Shown: positions 10,300 to 19,767 of the stretch, one piece after another | How the letters are laid out: the number at the start of each line of letters is the position of its first letter | Position numbering within the stretch: position 1 is the first letter of the stretch | From: Burkholderiaceae bacterium | GTDB taxonomy: Bacteria; Pseudomonadota; Gammaproteobacteria; Burkholderiales; Burkholderiaceae_E | NCBI GenBank assembly: GCA_900299025.1 | Contig: OMIE01000057.1 | Span: 2,287 to 66,286 of the forward strand | Length of the DNA: 64,000 nt | Reading direction: 5' to 3' | Translations under genes and position numbers: made by a program | Notes under the pieces: generated by a model | Databases searched by the model: none | What the model was told of the DNA's origin: nothing | Seen by the model: the letters and a program-made list of their open reading frames with translations, nothing else

Positions 10300-11316
10300 A
10301 TGCATAAGCTAAGCAAAACTCGTCGTCTCGGGCTGTTTGCCGCAAGCCTCGCTGGACTCGCCATGCTCGTCCAAGCGCCCCCATTGGGCGCCCAAACCCA
10401 AAGTTCCTGGCCCAGCAAACCAATCAAGTTAGTGGTGCCCTACCCGCCTGGCGGTCCCCTTGACCAAATGGCCCGTGCGCTTGCCGAAAAGATGCGCGAG
10501 AGCCTGGGCCAGCCGATCTTGGTTGAAAATCGCGCCGGTGCTGGCGGCAATATCGGCGCCGATTACGTGGCCAAATCTCAACCCGACGGCTACACATTGG
10601 TGGTAGGAGCGGTTGCCACCCACGCCATTAATCCCTACCTCTACGCGAAAATGCCCTACGACGCGAACCGCGATTTTTCGCCCATCGGCATGATTGCCAT
10701 GGTGCCAAATGTCTTGGTCATGCCAACCGAGGCTGCACAAAGGCTGGGCATTCATAGCGTGAAAGATTTGGTCGCCTACGGGAAAAAGCATCCTGGCAAA
10801 CTCAATTACGCCTCAGGTGGCAACGGGAGTGCAGGCCATTTGGCCGCCGAATTATTCAAGTCGACAGCCGGGTTCAGCATGGTCCATATTCCCTATGCCG
10901 GGGCAGCACCCGCGCAGCTAGGATTATTGGCAGGTCAAACGGACCTGATGTTTGACAATCTCGCATCGGCCGCAGGCCAGATTCAGGCCGGTAAGCTCAA
11001 GGCCTTCGCTGTGACAAGCGCGCAACGCAGCAGCCAACTACCGGATGTACCAACCGTTGCCGAGAGCGGCTATCAAGGCTTTGATATCAGCACCTGGTTT
11101 GGACTCATGGCCCCGGCAGCAACCGCAGAAGCCAGCATCAAGGCTTTGAATCGCGCATTGGCTCAAGCGCTTGAATCAAAAGAGATTCGGGAGCGCCTTG
11201 TGCGAATGAAAGCCGATTCGTCTGCGATGAGTCCTGAATCTTTCAAACAATTTATTAGCCAGGAGCAAAGGAAATATCAGGCTCTGGTCAAGGCCTCGGG
11301 CGCTCGAGTCGATTAA
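10300..11316 (+). CDS. tctC: Tripartite tricarboxylate transporter substrate-binding protein (Bug/TctC family)
   Basis: 338 aa with a signal peptide and Bug-family motifs (KLVVPYPPGGPLDQMAR...ENRAGAGGNIGADYVAKSQPDGYTL). It is followed by tctB and tctA. Confidence 0.9.
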   Translation: MHKLSKTRRLGLFAASLAGLAMLVQAPPLGAQTQSSWPSKPIKLVVPYPPGGPLDQMARALAEKMRESLGQPILVENRAGAGGNIGADYVAKSQPDGYTLVVGAVATHAINPYLYAKMPYDANRDFSPIGMIAMVPNVLVMPTEAAQRLGIHSVKDLVAYGKKHPGKLNYASGGNGSAGHLAAELFKSTAGFSMVHIPYAGAAPAQLGLLAGQTDLMFDNLASAAGQIQAGKLKAFAVTSAQRSSQLPDVPTVAESGYQGFDISTWFGLMAPAATAEASIKALNRALAQALESKEIRERLVRMKADSSAMSPESFKQFISQEQRKYQALVKASGARVD

Positions 11317-11510
11317 GGTCGCTGTGGACCAGTGCATACACGTAGCGAGGGCCACGCTAACAAGTCCTTGCAACTGAGACCCTATGGTTGGCATCCTTCG
11401 CCTCGCTCGGCTATTCTTCGCCCGGCCAGGCTTTAAAGCTAGGCTTAGACTTTGAGAATAACGACATGAGAGAAAACGTCGCATCGGCGTAAAGCAACGG
11501 AGACCGAAGC

Positions 11511-11972
11511 ATGCAAATAAAAAACTATCGAGATTTCTGGGCAGGCATTCTGTTTATGGCCTTTGGGCTTGCATTCATCGTTTTTTCGCGCGAGTACACC
11601 ATGGGTACGGCGGCGAAGATGGGTCCCGCTTACTTCCCAACCCTTCTTGGCGGTCTGCTCACCCTACTTGGTGCAGTGATTAGTTTTCTCGGCTTGGGTA
11701 AAGCCGAAAAGCCAGTCCATGTCGATCCAACCGGCTGGCGCGAGGTAAGCACGATCTTGCTGGCTGTTATTGCTTTTGCAGCGACCTTGCCGTCGTTGGG
11801 CATCATCGTTGCCATCATTGTGTTGATCTGGATTGCCGCGCCCGCCAGCCACGAGTTTAAAGTTCGAGACACCTTGATCGCTACCGTGGTACTGCTTTTA
11901 CTTTCGTATCTGGTGTTTGTTAAAGGGCTCGAGTTGCAATTTCCGTTCCTGCCAAAATTTCTAGACCGATAA
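11511..11972 (+). CDS. tctB: Tripartite tricarboxylate transporter small membrane subunit TctB
   Basis: 153 aa, four predicted hydrophobic helices, located between tctC and tctA. Confidence 0.8.
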   Translation: MQIKNYRDFWAGILFMAFGLAFIVFSREYTMGTAAKMGPAYFPTLLGGLLTLLGAVISFLGLGKAEKPVHVDPTGWREVSTILLAVIAFAATLPSLGIIVAIIVLIWIAAPASHEFKVRDTLIATVVLLLLSYLVFVKGLELQFPFLPKFLDR

Positions 11973-11983
11973 TCGAGACAACT

Positions 11984-13492
11984 ATGGACAGCTTACTTGG
12001 CAACCTCGCCATTGGATTTTCGGCGGCTGCAACGGTAGAAAATCTTTTGTACTGCTTTATTGGCGTCACGCTAGGCACCTTAATTGGGGTATTGCCCGGA
12101 ATCGGGCCATTAGCGACGATTGCCATGCTCTTGCCAGCAACCTACAAAATGACCGATCCGACCTCGGCGCTCATTATGCTGGCTGGCATTTATTATGGTG
12201 CCCAGTACGGCGGATCAACCACCGCTATTTTGGTCAATTTACCTGGTGAGTCTTCATCGGTTGTGACCACACTCGACGGCTACCAAATGGCAAGGCGGGG
12301 ACGAGCAGGGCCGGCGCTTGCCATCGCAGCGATCGGATCGTTTTTTGCAGGAACTGTTGCAACATTTATGATCGCAGCTTTTGCGCCACCGCTTGCAGAG
12401 GTGGCGTTTAAGTTTGGTCCTGCTGAGTATTTTTCCTTGATGGTGCTCGGTCTCATTGCGGCGGTCGTGCTTGCGCATGGATCGATCATCAAAGCGCTTG
12501 CCATGGGGGGCTTGGGCCTACTGTTAGGCATGATCGGTACCGACGTCAACTCGGGTGTTGCTCGTTTCTCCTTCGATATTCCAGAGCTATCTGACGGGAT
12601 CGAATTTGTTGCTGTTGCTATGGGCATGTTCGGTTTTGCCGAGATCATTCTCAACCTCGAGCAACGCGAAAAGCGGGAAGTCTTTACCAGCAAAGTCGGC
12701 GGCCTCATGCCAAGCGCTAGCGAATTTAAGCAAAGCGTCTTTCCCATGATCCGAGGTACTGCCCTAGGCTCATTTCTTGGCATTCTTCCTGGTGGTGGCG
12801 CGGTTTTATCGTCGTTTTCCGCTTATGCGCTTGAGAAAAAGCTGAGTAAAACACCTGAGCGATTTGGCAAGGGAGCGATCGAAGGTGTTGCCGGCCCCGA
12901 GGCCGCCAACAACGCTGGCGCTCAAACCTCGTTTATACCGATGCTAACGCTTGGTATCCCGACCACCCCAGTGATGGCCCTCATGGTCGCTGCGATGATG
13001 ATTCACAACATCCAACCAGGGCCCCAGGTCATGACGAGCAATCCCACGCTGTTTTGGGGTCTGATCGCTTCGATGTGGGTGGGTAATTTGTTGTTGGTCA
13101 TTCTCAATTTGCCACTGATTGGCCTTTGGATTAAGTTGCTTTCGGTGCCCTACCGTGTCCTCTTTCCGGCCATCTTGTTGTTCTGTTGTATTGGTGCTTA
13201 TTCGATTAATAACAATGTTTTCGACGTATTCATGACGATTCCTTTCGCCATCCTTGGCTATTTGTTCAAGAAATTTGACTGCGAGCCTGCGCCGCTTTTG
13301 TTAGGCTTCGTGCTCGGAAAATTGATGGAGGAGTATTTGCGTCGCGCCCTCACCATTTCGCGTGGCGATCCAACCGTTTTCTTTACCCGCCCCTTATCGG
13401 CAACCCTACTTGCGATCGCCGCAGTCCTACTGGTATTGGTCTTCTTGCCAGCGATTTCCAAGAAGCGTGAGGAAGCCTTCCAAGAGGACTAA
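11984..13492 (+). CDS. tctA: Tripartite tricarboxylate transporter large permease TctA
   Basis: 502-aa polytopic membrane protein with a TctA-like sequence (GVLPGIGPLATIAMLLP..., GILPGGGAVLSSF...). Confidence 0.92.
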   Translation: MDSLLGNLAIGFSAAATVENLLYCFIGVTLGTLIGVLPGIGPLATIAMLLPATYKMTDPTSALIMLAGIYYGAQYGGSTTAILVNLPGESSSVVTTLDGYQMARRGRAGPALAIAAIGSFFAGTVATFMIAAFAPPLAEVAFKFGPAEYFSLMVLGLIAAVVLAHGSIIKALAMGGLGLLLGMIGTDVNSGVARFSFDIPELSDGIEFVAVAMGMFGFAEIILNLEQREKREVFTSKVGGLMPSASEFKQSVFPMIRGTALGSFLGILPGGGAVLSSFSAYALEKKLSKTPERFGKGAIEGVAGPEAANNAGAQTSFIPMLTLGIPTTPVMALMVAAMMIHNIQPGPQVMTSNPTLFWGLIASMWVGNLLLVILNLPLIGLWIKLLSVPYRVLFPAILLFCCIGAYSINNNVFDVFMTIPFAILGYLFKKFDCEPAPLLLGFVLGKLMEEYLRRALTISRGDPTVFFTRPLSATLLAIAAVLLVLVFLPAISKKREEAFQED

Positions 13493-13494
13493 TT

Positions 13495-14196
13495 ATGAAG
13501 CCCGCTCCCAGCGTTGCCGCCTTCGATGTCTTTGGTACGGTCGTCGATTGGCACGGCAGCATTTGCCAGGCTGTGCGCGATTTGAAGCTAGAAGTCTCGC
13601 CAAGTGAGTTCGCGTTGGCGTGGCGAAGTCTTTATCAGCCGGCCATGGCCAAAGTACGTCAGGGGCAAATAGCGTGGACCTCTATCGATGTTTTGCACCG
13701 GCAAAATCTAGATCAAATATTAGATCGATTTAATATCCGGCACCTTAGCGAAGCTCAAAAAGTCGACCTCAATCTTGTGTGGCATCGACTCAAGCCCTGG
13801 CCTGATGCGGTAGAAGGTTTGCAACGACTACGCAAGGGCATGATGATTTGTACGCTATCAAACGGCAACCTTGCCTTGCTCGCCAACATGGCCAAGTCTG
13901 CGGCCCTGCCCTGGGACTTGATCCTGTCGGCAGAGACCTACAAGCACTACAAGCCCGACCCGGAAAGTTATCAAGGCCTTTGCAAAACCTGGGATATCGA
14001 AGGCGCATCGCTGCTTTTTGTTGCCGCTCACAAAAGCGACCTTGACGCAGCCCAGGCAGCCACGGGTTGTCAAACTGCCTTTATCGTCCGGCCCGATGAG
14101 TTCGGTCCTGAACCCCAGGAAAACTTAGGCCGTGAGGCTCGCTTCACTTATCATGCTGAAGGATTTATCGATTTGGCTGAGCAACTAGGTCTTTAA
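13495..14196 (+). CDS. Haloacid dehalogenase type II / HAD-superfamily hydrolase
   Basis: 233 aa. HAD motif I FDVFGTVVDW, a SNGN motif and a C-terminal AAHKSDLDAA block are typical of L-2-haloacid dehalogenase-like proteins. It starts 3 nt after the tctA stop. Confidence 0.85.
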   Translation: MKPAPSVAAFDVFGTVVDWHGSICQAVRDLKLEVSPSEFALAWRSLYQPAMAKVRQGQIAWTSIDVLHRQNLDQILDRFNIRHLSEAQKVDLNLVWHRLKPWPDAVEGLQRLRKGMMICTLSNGNLALLANMAKSAALPWDLILSAETYKHYKPDPESYQGLCKTWDIEGASLLFVAAHKSDLDAAQAATGCQTAFIVRPDEFGPEPQENLGREARFTYHAEGFIDLAEQLGL

Positions 14197-14259
14197 GCTT
14201 TTCTCAGTTTTTTGATCGATATTTTGGTAACCCCTTCATAACTCATTGCCTCCACTGCC

Positions 14260-15912
14260 ATGTCCAATGCTTCAGCAAACGCGCAAGCGTCCGCCTCCGA
14301 CCGATTTCCTTTTGACTGGCAATCGGGTTATCCATCTCAACGCATGCCGGTTTTTGCCAAAAACGTCGTTGCAACTTCACAGCCTCTAGCCGCACAAGCC
14401 GGTCTGCGGATGCTCGCGCGCGGCGGCAATGCGATCGACGCCGCCATTGCAGCAGCAGCCGCTATCACCATCGTAGAACCGGTATCCTGTGGACTTGGTT
14501 CGGACGCATTTGCCATTGTTTGGGACGGTAAGCGTTTACAAGGCCTAAACGCTTCAGGCTATGCCCCCGCGACCTGGAATCCTGGGTATTTCGATCGCAA
14601 ACACGGAGGGCAGATCCCAAAACGCGGCTGGGACTCGGTCACCGTCCCTGGTGTAATTGCTGGCTGGGCAGCACTTCATGATCGATACGGATCGCTACCC
14701 TTTGAGGACCTGATGGCGCCAGCGATCGAGCTAGCCGAAGCGGGACATGGCGTTGCCACCATCGTGCAACACAAATGGGCCAATCAGGTCGAGGAACTCA
14801 AGGTGCAGCCGGGTTTTGCGCAAGCCTTCATGCCGTTTGGGCGTGCCCCTCAAGTCGGCGAACGCTGGAGCTTCCCTGCTGCTGCGAAAACACTGCGACG
14901 TATCGCAGCGACCAAAGGAAGGGACTATTACGAGGGCGAAACCGCGGCAGCCTTGGTCAAACACGCACAAGAACACGGCGGAAGCCTAAGTCTGGAGGAC
15001 CTACGCGATTACAAGGCTGACTGGGTCGATACCATTTCGCAGCACTGGGGTGAATACCAGCTTCATGAGATTCCTCCGAATGGCCAAGGCATCGCAGCAT
15101 TAATCGCGCTGGGTATATTGCGTCATCTTGGCTTAGAAGGACTGCATCCCGACTCGCTTGATGCACGGCACTTGCAGATCGAAGCCATGAAGGCTGCTTT
15201 TGAAGATGTTTATCGCTGGGTTGCAGACGCTAGGGCAATGACCGAGGTGCGCGCCGAGGATTTGCTTGACGATGCCTATCTGGCCTCGAGGGCAGCGCTT
15301 ATTCGACGGGACCGAGCAACTGCCTTTCAACATGGCCAACCACCCCGAGGTGGAACTATTTATCTGACAGCTGCTGATGCGCAGGGTCGGATGATTTCGT
15401 TTATACAGTCGAACTACATGGGTTTTGGGTCTGGTGTTGTCGTACCGGAAGTAGGCGTCTCCCTGCAAAACAGAGGTCATGGATTTTCGATGCAAGCCGG
15501 TCATCCGAATCTGGTTAAGCCGCGGCATCGCCCCTTCCAAACCATCATTCCGGGCTTTCTAATGCGGGGTCATAAGCCGCAGATGAGTTTTGGGGTCATG
15601 GGCGGCAATATGCAGCCGCAAGGCCATCTGCAAACATTGCTTCGGATGATTCATTTCAAGCAAAATCCCCAGGCAGCGTGCGACGCTGCGCGGTGGAAAG
15701 TAAACCGAGGACTATCGGTCGATGTTGAAGCGGCCATGGATGCTGCGGTGGTTCAAGGTCTACGCGAGCGTGGCCATGTGCTTGAATCAATTGCCGATCC
15801 CTACATGGACTTTGGTTCGGGCCAGTTTATTTGGCGAATGAGCGATGATTTGGCCGATGGTTATGTGGCAGCGAGCGACAGCCGTCGTGATGGTCACGCA
15901 GCCTGCTTCTGA
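14260..15912 (+). CDS. Gamma-glutamyltransferase-family Ntn hydrolase (no signal peptide)
   Basis: 550 aa of the GGT family with a putative autoprocessing nucleophile in PPRGGT-IYLTAADAQG. The N-terminus lacks an export signal, so it is probably cytoplasmic. Confidence 0.88.
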   Translation: MSNASANAQASASDRFPFDWQSGYPSQRMPVFAKNVVATSQPLAAQAGLRMLARGGNAIDAAIAAAAAITIVEPVSCGLGSDAFAIVWDGKRLQGLNASGYAPATWNPGYFDRKHGGQIPKRGWDSVTVPGVIAGWAALHDRYGSLPFEDLMAPAIELAEAGHGVATIVQHKWANQVEELKVQPGFAQAFMPFGRAPQVGERWSFPAAAKTLRRIAATKGRDYYEGETAAALVKHAQEHGGSLSLEDLRDYKADWVDTISQHWGEYQLHEIPPNGQGIAALIALGILRHLGLEGLHPDSLDARHLQIEAMKAAFEDVYRWVADARAMTEVRAEDLLDDAYLASRAALIRRDRATAFQHGQPPRGGTIYLTAADAQGRMISFIQSNYMGFGSGVVVPEVGVSLQNRGHGFSMQAGHPNLVKPRHRPFQTIIPGFLMRGHKPQMSFGVMGGNMQPQGHLQTLLRMIHFKQNPQAACDAARWKVNRGLSVDVEAAMDAAVVQGLRERGHVLESIADPYMDFGSGQFIWRMSDDLADGYVAASDSRRDGHAACF

Positions 15913-15926
15913 GCAAGCTTTCAAGG

Positions 15927-16841
15927 ATGGCATCCATGACTCAAAAGACTTACGAAGCCTGTGAGCCTCAGCATCTTGCCTTTCTAGGCTTGGGTGTGAT
16001 GGGTTTTCACATGGCAGGACATCTTGCCCAAGCTGGCCACCATGTTACGGTTTACAACCGCAACGCTGCCAAGGCGAAAGCTTGGCTTGAGCAATTTAAA
16101 GGCGTAGCTGCCGCCACGCCGCGTGAGGCTGCTGCTCAAGCTCAGATCGTGTTTTGTTGTGTGGGCAATGACGACGATCTTCGTGCAGTTACGCTTGGTT
16201 CTGATGGCGCATTTGCCGGCATGCAAAAGGGAAGTTATTTTGTTGATAACACCACCGCATCGGCGCAAGTGGCACGTGAACTTTATCAACACGCAAAGTC
16301 CATGGCAGTCGGGTTTCTCGACGCGCCTGTGTCGGGTGGTGAAGCGGGAGCAAAAAACGGTGTGCTGACCGTGATGGTTGGTGGTGATCAAGCAGACTTT
16401 GACGCGGTCAAACCTGCAGGCATGGCCTTTGCACGCGCCTTCACCCGAATCGGTGAGAGTGGAGCTGGCCAGCTAGCAAAAATGGTCAACCAAATTTGCA
16501 TTGCAGGCCTGGTCCAAGGCTTATCTGAGGGTATTAATTTTGGCATGCAAGCGGGCCTCGACATGAAGCTTGTGCTCGATGTCATCAGCAAGGGAGCCGC
16601 ACAGTCATGGCAAATGGAAAATCGCGGCAAGACCATGGTTGATGATCAATTCAACTTCGGCTTTGCGGTTGACTGGATGCGAAAAGACCTCAGCCTTTGT
16701 CTTGACGAGGCACGTCGCAACGGAGCGCCATTGCCGGTCATAGCGCTTGTTGATCAGTTTTATCGCGATGTACAGCGCATGGGCGGAGGCCGTTTCGACA
16801 CCTCGAGCCTGATCAAGCGACTGCGCGACAACGCGTCGTAG
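15927..16841 (+). CDS. NAD(P)-dependent oxidoreductase, 3-hydroxyisobutyrate / tartronate-semialdehyde reductase family
   Basis: 304 aa with the Rossmann motif FLGLGVMGFHMAGHL and a 6-phosphogluconate-dehydrogenase-like NAD-binding and C-terminal domain pattern. Confidence 0.88.
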   Translation: MASMTQKTYEACEPQHLAFLGLGVMGFHMAGHLAQAGHHVTVYNRNAAKAKAWLEQFKGVAAATPREAAAQAQIVFCCVGNDDDLRAVTLGSDGAFAGMQKGSYFVDNTTASAQVARELYQHAKSMAVGFLDAPVSGGEAGAKNGVLTVMVGGDQADFDAVKPAGMAFARAFTRIGESGAGQLAKMVNQICIAGLVQGLSEGINFGMQAGLDMKLVLDVISKGAAQSWQMENRGKTMVDDQFNFGFAVDWMRKDLSLCLDEARRNGAPLPVIALVDQFYRDVQRMGGGRFDTSSLIKRLRDNAS

Positions 16842-16867
16842 CACAACGATATTTTTTGGAGAATGTT

Positions 16868-17221
16868 GTGAGTTTTAACACTACAGCAAGCGGATTACAA
16901 ATCGAGGACCTGATTGTCGGTGAGGGCGACGTCGCCGAAAGCGGCTGCCACGTACTCGCTCACTACACCCTTTGGCTCGATAACGATGGCCAAGCTGGCG
17001 AGAAGATCGACTCCTCACACGATCGTGGGGAGCCCTTCTCGTTTCCGCTTGGAGCCGGCCATGTGATTAAGGGCTGGGACGAGGGCGTGGTTGGCATGCG
17101 GGTAGGCGGCACACGACGACTGCGGGTGCCTGCATCACTCGGTTATGGAGCTCGTGGAGCAGGCGGTGTCATCCCACCCAACGCCACCTTGCTATTTGAG
17201 ATCGAGTTACAAGGCGTTTAA
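16868..17221 (+). CDS. FKBP-type peptidyl-prolyl cis-trans isomerase
   Basis: FKBP core HYTLWL...FSFPLGAGHVIKGWDEGVVGMRVGGTRRLRVPASLGYG...LLFEIEL. The start is set at the GTG at 16868, with GGAG 6 nt upstream. The ORF track begins at a TTG at 16856. Confidence 0.88.
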   Translation: MSFNTTASGLQIEDLIVGEGDVAESGCHVLAHYTLWLDNDGQAGEKIDSSHDRGEPFSFPLGAGHVIKGWDEGVVGMRVGGTRRLRVPASLGYGARGAGGVIPPNATLLFEIELQGV

Positions 17222-17275
17222 ATTGCGAGGCCCTCAAGCCCACTGATAAGCCGCGGAAAGATATCCAACGAGCCC

Positions 17276-19039
17276 ATGGCCGACACCACAACGACGAAGC
17301 AAACCGCTCCCCCCAATTTCATTAGGGCCCTAATCGAGCATGACCTTTCCTCGGGGCGTCTCACCCAGCGCTCCTGGGCTGGACGCCCTTCCGATGCGAG
17401 GCAACCGGCTAGCCAACGCGATGGGGCAGGCATTCGTACGCGATTTCCGCCCGAGCCCAATGGCTATCTTCATATTGGCCACGCCAAATCAATTTGCTTA
17501 AATTTCGGGCTTGCTAGGGACTACGGTGGCCGATGCCACATGCGTTTTGATGACACCAACCCCGTTAAAGAGGATCAGGAATACGTTGATTCAATTCTTG
17601 ATACGGTTCGGTGGTTGGGTTTTTCTTGGGACGAGCACTCGGAATCCAATTTGTATTTCGCCAGCGATTATTTCCAGGCCTTATACGACTGTGCTGAATA
17701 CTTGATCAAATCATCACATGCCTATGTCGATGAGCAATCTGCTGAGCAAATGCGGGCAAAGCGTGGCAGCCTCACCGAGCCTGGAGAGGATTCACCCTAT
17801 CGGCATCGTTCCCCTGAAGAAAGCTTGATGCGCTTTCGCGAAATGCGAGAAGGGAAGCATCCTGAAGGCAGCATGGTCTTACGGGCAAAGATCGATATGC
17901 GTTCGCCCAATCTGAATCTGCGCGACCCGGCGCTCTACAGAATTCGCTTTGCAGAACATCACCGTACCGGTAATCAGTGGTGCATTTATCCGATGTATGA
18001 CTACGCGCATCCGATTTCCGATGCGCTAGAAAACATAACGCACTCGCTTTGCACGCTTGAATTTGAGGATCACCGCCCCTTTTATGACTGGGTTTTAGAA
18101 CGTTTAGCTGAGGGTGGTTTTTTGCGGCGGCCGCTACCCCAACAAACTGAATTTGCGCGTCTTAATCTTTACTATACGGTCACCAGTAAACGAAAGTTGC
18201 AAGAGCTTGTCAGCAGCGGGCGTGTGAAGGGTTGGGATGATCCACGGATGCCAACGCTTGTCGGCCTGAGGCGGCGTGGCTTCACCCCAGGTTCGATTCA
18301 GCTTTTTTGCGAACGTATCGGCGTATCCAAGGCTAACCAATGGGTGGATCCGTCGGTCCTTGAGATTGCCCTGCGTGATGATCTTGAACCGCAGGCAAGG
18401 CGGGCTACAGCGGTTATGGACCCGGTGCTTCTTGAGATCGAGAATTGGCCACAGGGCCACCGCGAGGCCTGTGAAGCGCCATGGCATCCGCAGCACCCCG
18501 GATGGGGTCAACGCCAGTTTCACTGCACTGGCCGCTTGTGGGTCGAACGCGATGATGTAAGGGCGGCTGCTGAGAAGGGATTTTTCCGTTTATTTCCAGG
18601 TAACCGCGTGCGACTTCGCTATGGTTTTGTGATCGAGTGTCGTGCCGTCGATGTCGATTCAGATGGAAAAGTTTTGCGGGTTGTGGCACGTTATTTCGCC
18701 GACTCGCGCTCTGGCACCGCAGGCGCGGATAGTTATAAAGTCAAGGGCAATATCCACTGGGTCTCGGTCGATGAAGCGCTCGCAGCTGATGTGCATCTCT
18801 ACGAAAACCTCTTCACCGATCCACAACCTGACAGCGGCGAAAAGGACTGGTTATCACTTATCAATGAGGATGCTCACCGTCTAGTCAAGGCTTGGCTTGA
18901 ACCAAGTCTTGCCAAAGCGCAGGCAGCAGAACACTTTCAATTCGAACGACTTGGTTATTTTGTCGCTGATCGTCTCGAGCACAGCACGGAGCGTCCTGTG
19001 TTTCAACGAACCGTGGGCCTAAAGCAAGCCTCGCGCTGA
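17276..19039 (+). CDS. glnS: Glutamine--tRNA ligase
   Basis: 587 aa with HIGH motif (PEPNGYLHIGHAKS), a VTSKRKL (MSK-type) motif and a GlnRS anticodon-binding C-terminus. Confidence 0.97.
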   Translation: MADTTTTKQTAPPNFIRALIEHDLSSGRLTQRSWAGRPSDARQPASQRDGAGIRTRFPPEPNGYLHIGHAKSICLNFGLARDYGGRCHMRFDDTNPVKEDQEYVDSILDTVRWLGFSWDEHSESNLYFASDYFQALYDCAEYLIKSSHAYVDEQSAEQMRAKRGSLTEPGEDSPYRHRSPEESLMRFREMREGKHPEGSMVLRAKIDMRSPNLNLRDPALYRIRFAEHHRTGNQWCIYPMYDYAHPISDALENITHSLCTLEFEDHRPFYDWVLERLAEGGFLRRPLPQQTEFARLNLYYTVTSKRKLQELVSSGRVKGWDDPRMPTLVGLRRRGFTPGSIQLFCERIGVSKANQWVDPSVLEIALRDDLEPQARRATAVMDPVLLEIENWPQGHREACEAPWHPQHPGWGQRQFHCTGRLWVERDDVRAAAEKGFFRLFPGNRVRLRYGFVIECRAVDVDSDGKVLRVVARYFADSRSGTAGADSYKVKGNIHWVSVDEALAADVHLYENLFTDPQPDSGEKDWLSLINEDAHRLVKAWLEPSLAKAQAAEHFQFERLGYFVADRLEHSTERPVFQRTVGLKQASR

Positions 19040-19083
19040 GGGCAAGCCGCTTCTTGAATGCTAACGATCGCGTGGGCCAGTGG

Positions 19084-19767
19084 TCATTTGAGGGCCGCGT
19101 CCGACACATAAGGATTGTGCTCACGCTGCTCACCAAAGCTTGACATGGGGCCATGGCCCGGCACAAATCGGGTGTCGTTACCCATTGGCCATAGCTCGCG
19201 TTGTATCGAGGCAATCAGGTCGGCATGGTTGCCTCTTGGAAAGTCCGTTCGGCCGATCGAGCCGTCAAAAAGTACATCGCCCACAATCGCTAAGCCAACA
19301 GCACGATGGTGAAAAACAACGTGGCCTGGTGTGTGCCCAGGTGTATGGTGAACTTCAAGTTTTTGTTCGCCAAAACTGAGCTCATCGCCTTGCTTCAGCC
19401 AGCGATCGGGCTTGAAGGCCTTCAAGGGAGGAAAACCGAATCGATGTCCTTGCATCGGCAATTGATCGATCCAGAAGGCATCGTCCTCGTGGGGACCCAT
19501 CAATGCGACTTGGTGACGGTCGGCATATTCTCGCGCCTGTCCACAGTGATCGATATGGCCGTGGGTGAGGAGCACATAGGCAAGACTTGCTCCTGTTTGC
19601 TTGAGCGCTCGATCGATCTTATCGAGATCGCCCCCCGGATCAATCGCGACCGCCTGCTGGGTACGATTGCAGATCAATAGCGAACAATTTTGCTCAAACG
19701 GCGTTACTGGAACGATTCTTAATGAGAGGCTGGGGGCCTCGTCGTCGTGAGTCTGACTCTGCATCAC
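19084..19767 (-). CDS. MBL-fold metallo-hydrolase (glyoxalase II-like)
   Basis: 227 aa with the HxHxDH motif (LLTHGHIDHCG). The start is either the GTG at 19767 or the ATG at 19764, overlapping the upstream gene stop. Confidence 0.88.
   Translation of the reverse strand: MMQSQTHDDEAPSLSLRIVPVTPFEQNCSLLICNRTQQAVAIDPGGDLDKIDRALKQTGASLAYVLLTHGHIDHCGQAREYADRHQVALMGPHEDDAFWIDQLPMQGHRFGFPPLKAFKPDRWLKQGDELSFGEQKLEVHHTPGHTPGHVVFHHRAVGLAIVGDVLFDGSIGRTDFPRGNHADLIASIQRELWPMGNDTRFVPGHGPMSSFGEQREHNPYVSDAALK

Noticed and set aside
10218-10427. Two minus-strand ORFs of about 65-69 aa in the alaS/tctC spacer
   Set aside because: Both start inside the tctC coding region, lack a Shine-Dalgarno and have no recognisable motif. 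The region is treated as possibly non-coding RNA or leader in the findings instead.
11317-11510. 194-nt tctC-tctB spacer with the small palindrome GCTTTAAAGC and a tiny ORF (MRENVASA)
   Set aside because: The stems are short (5-6 bp) and there is no T-tract. The mini-ORF has no Shine-Dalgarno. A long gap after tctC is common in tct operons.
12280-12783. 167-aa ORF antisense to tctA
   Set aside because: It lies opposite a well-supported membrane permease gene and has no features of its own.
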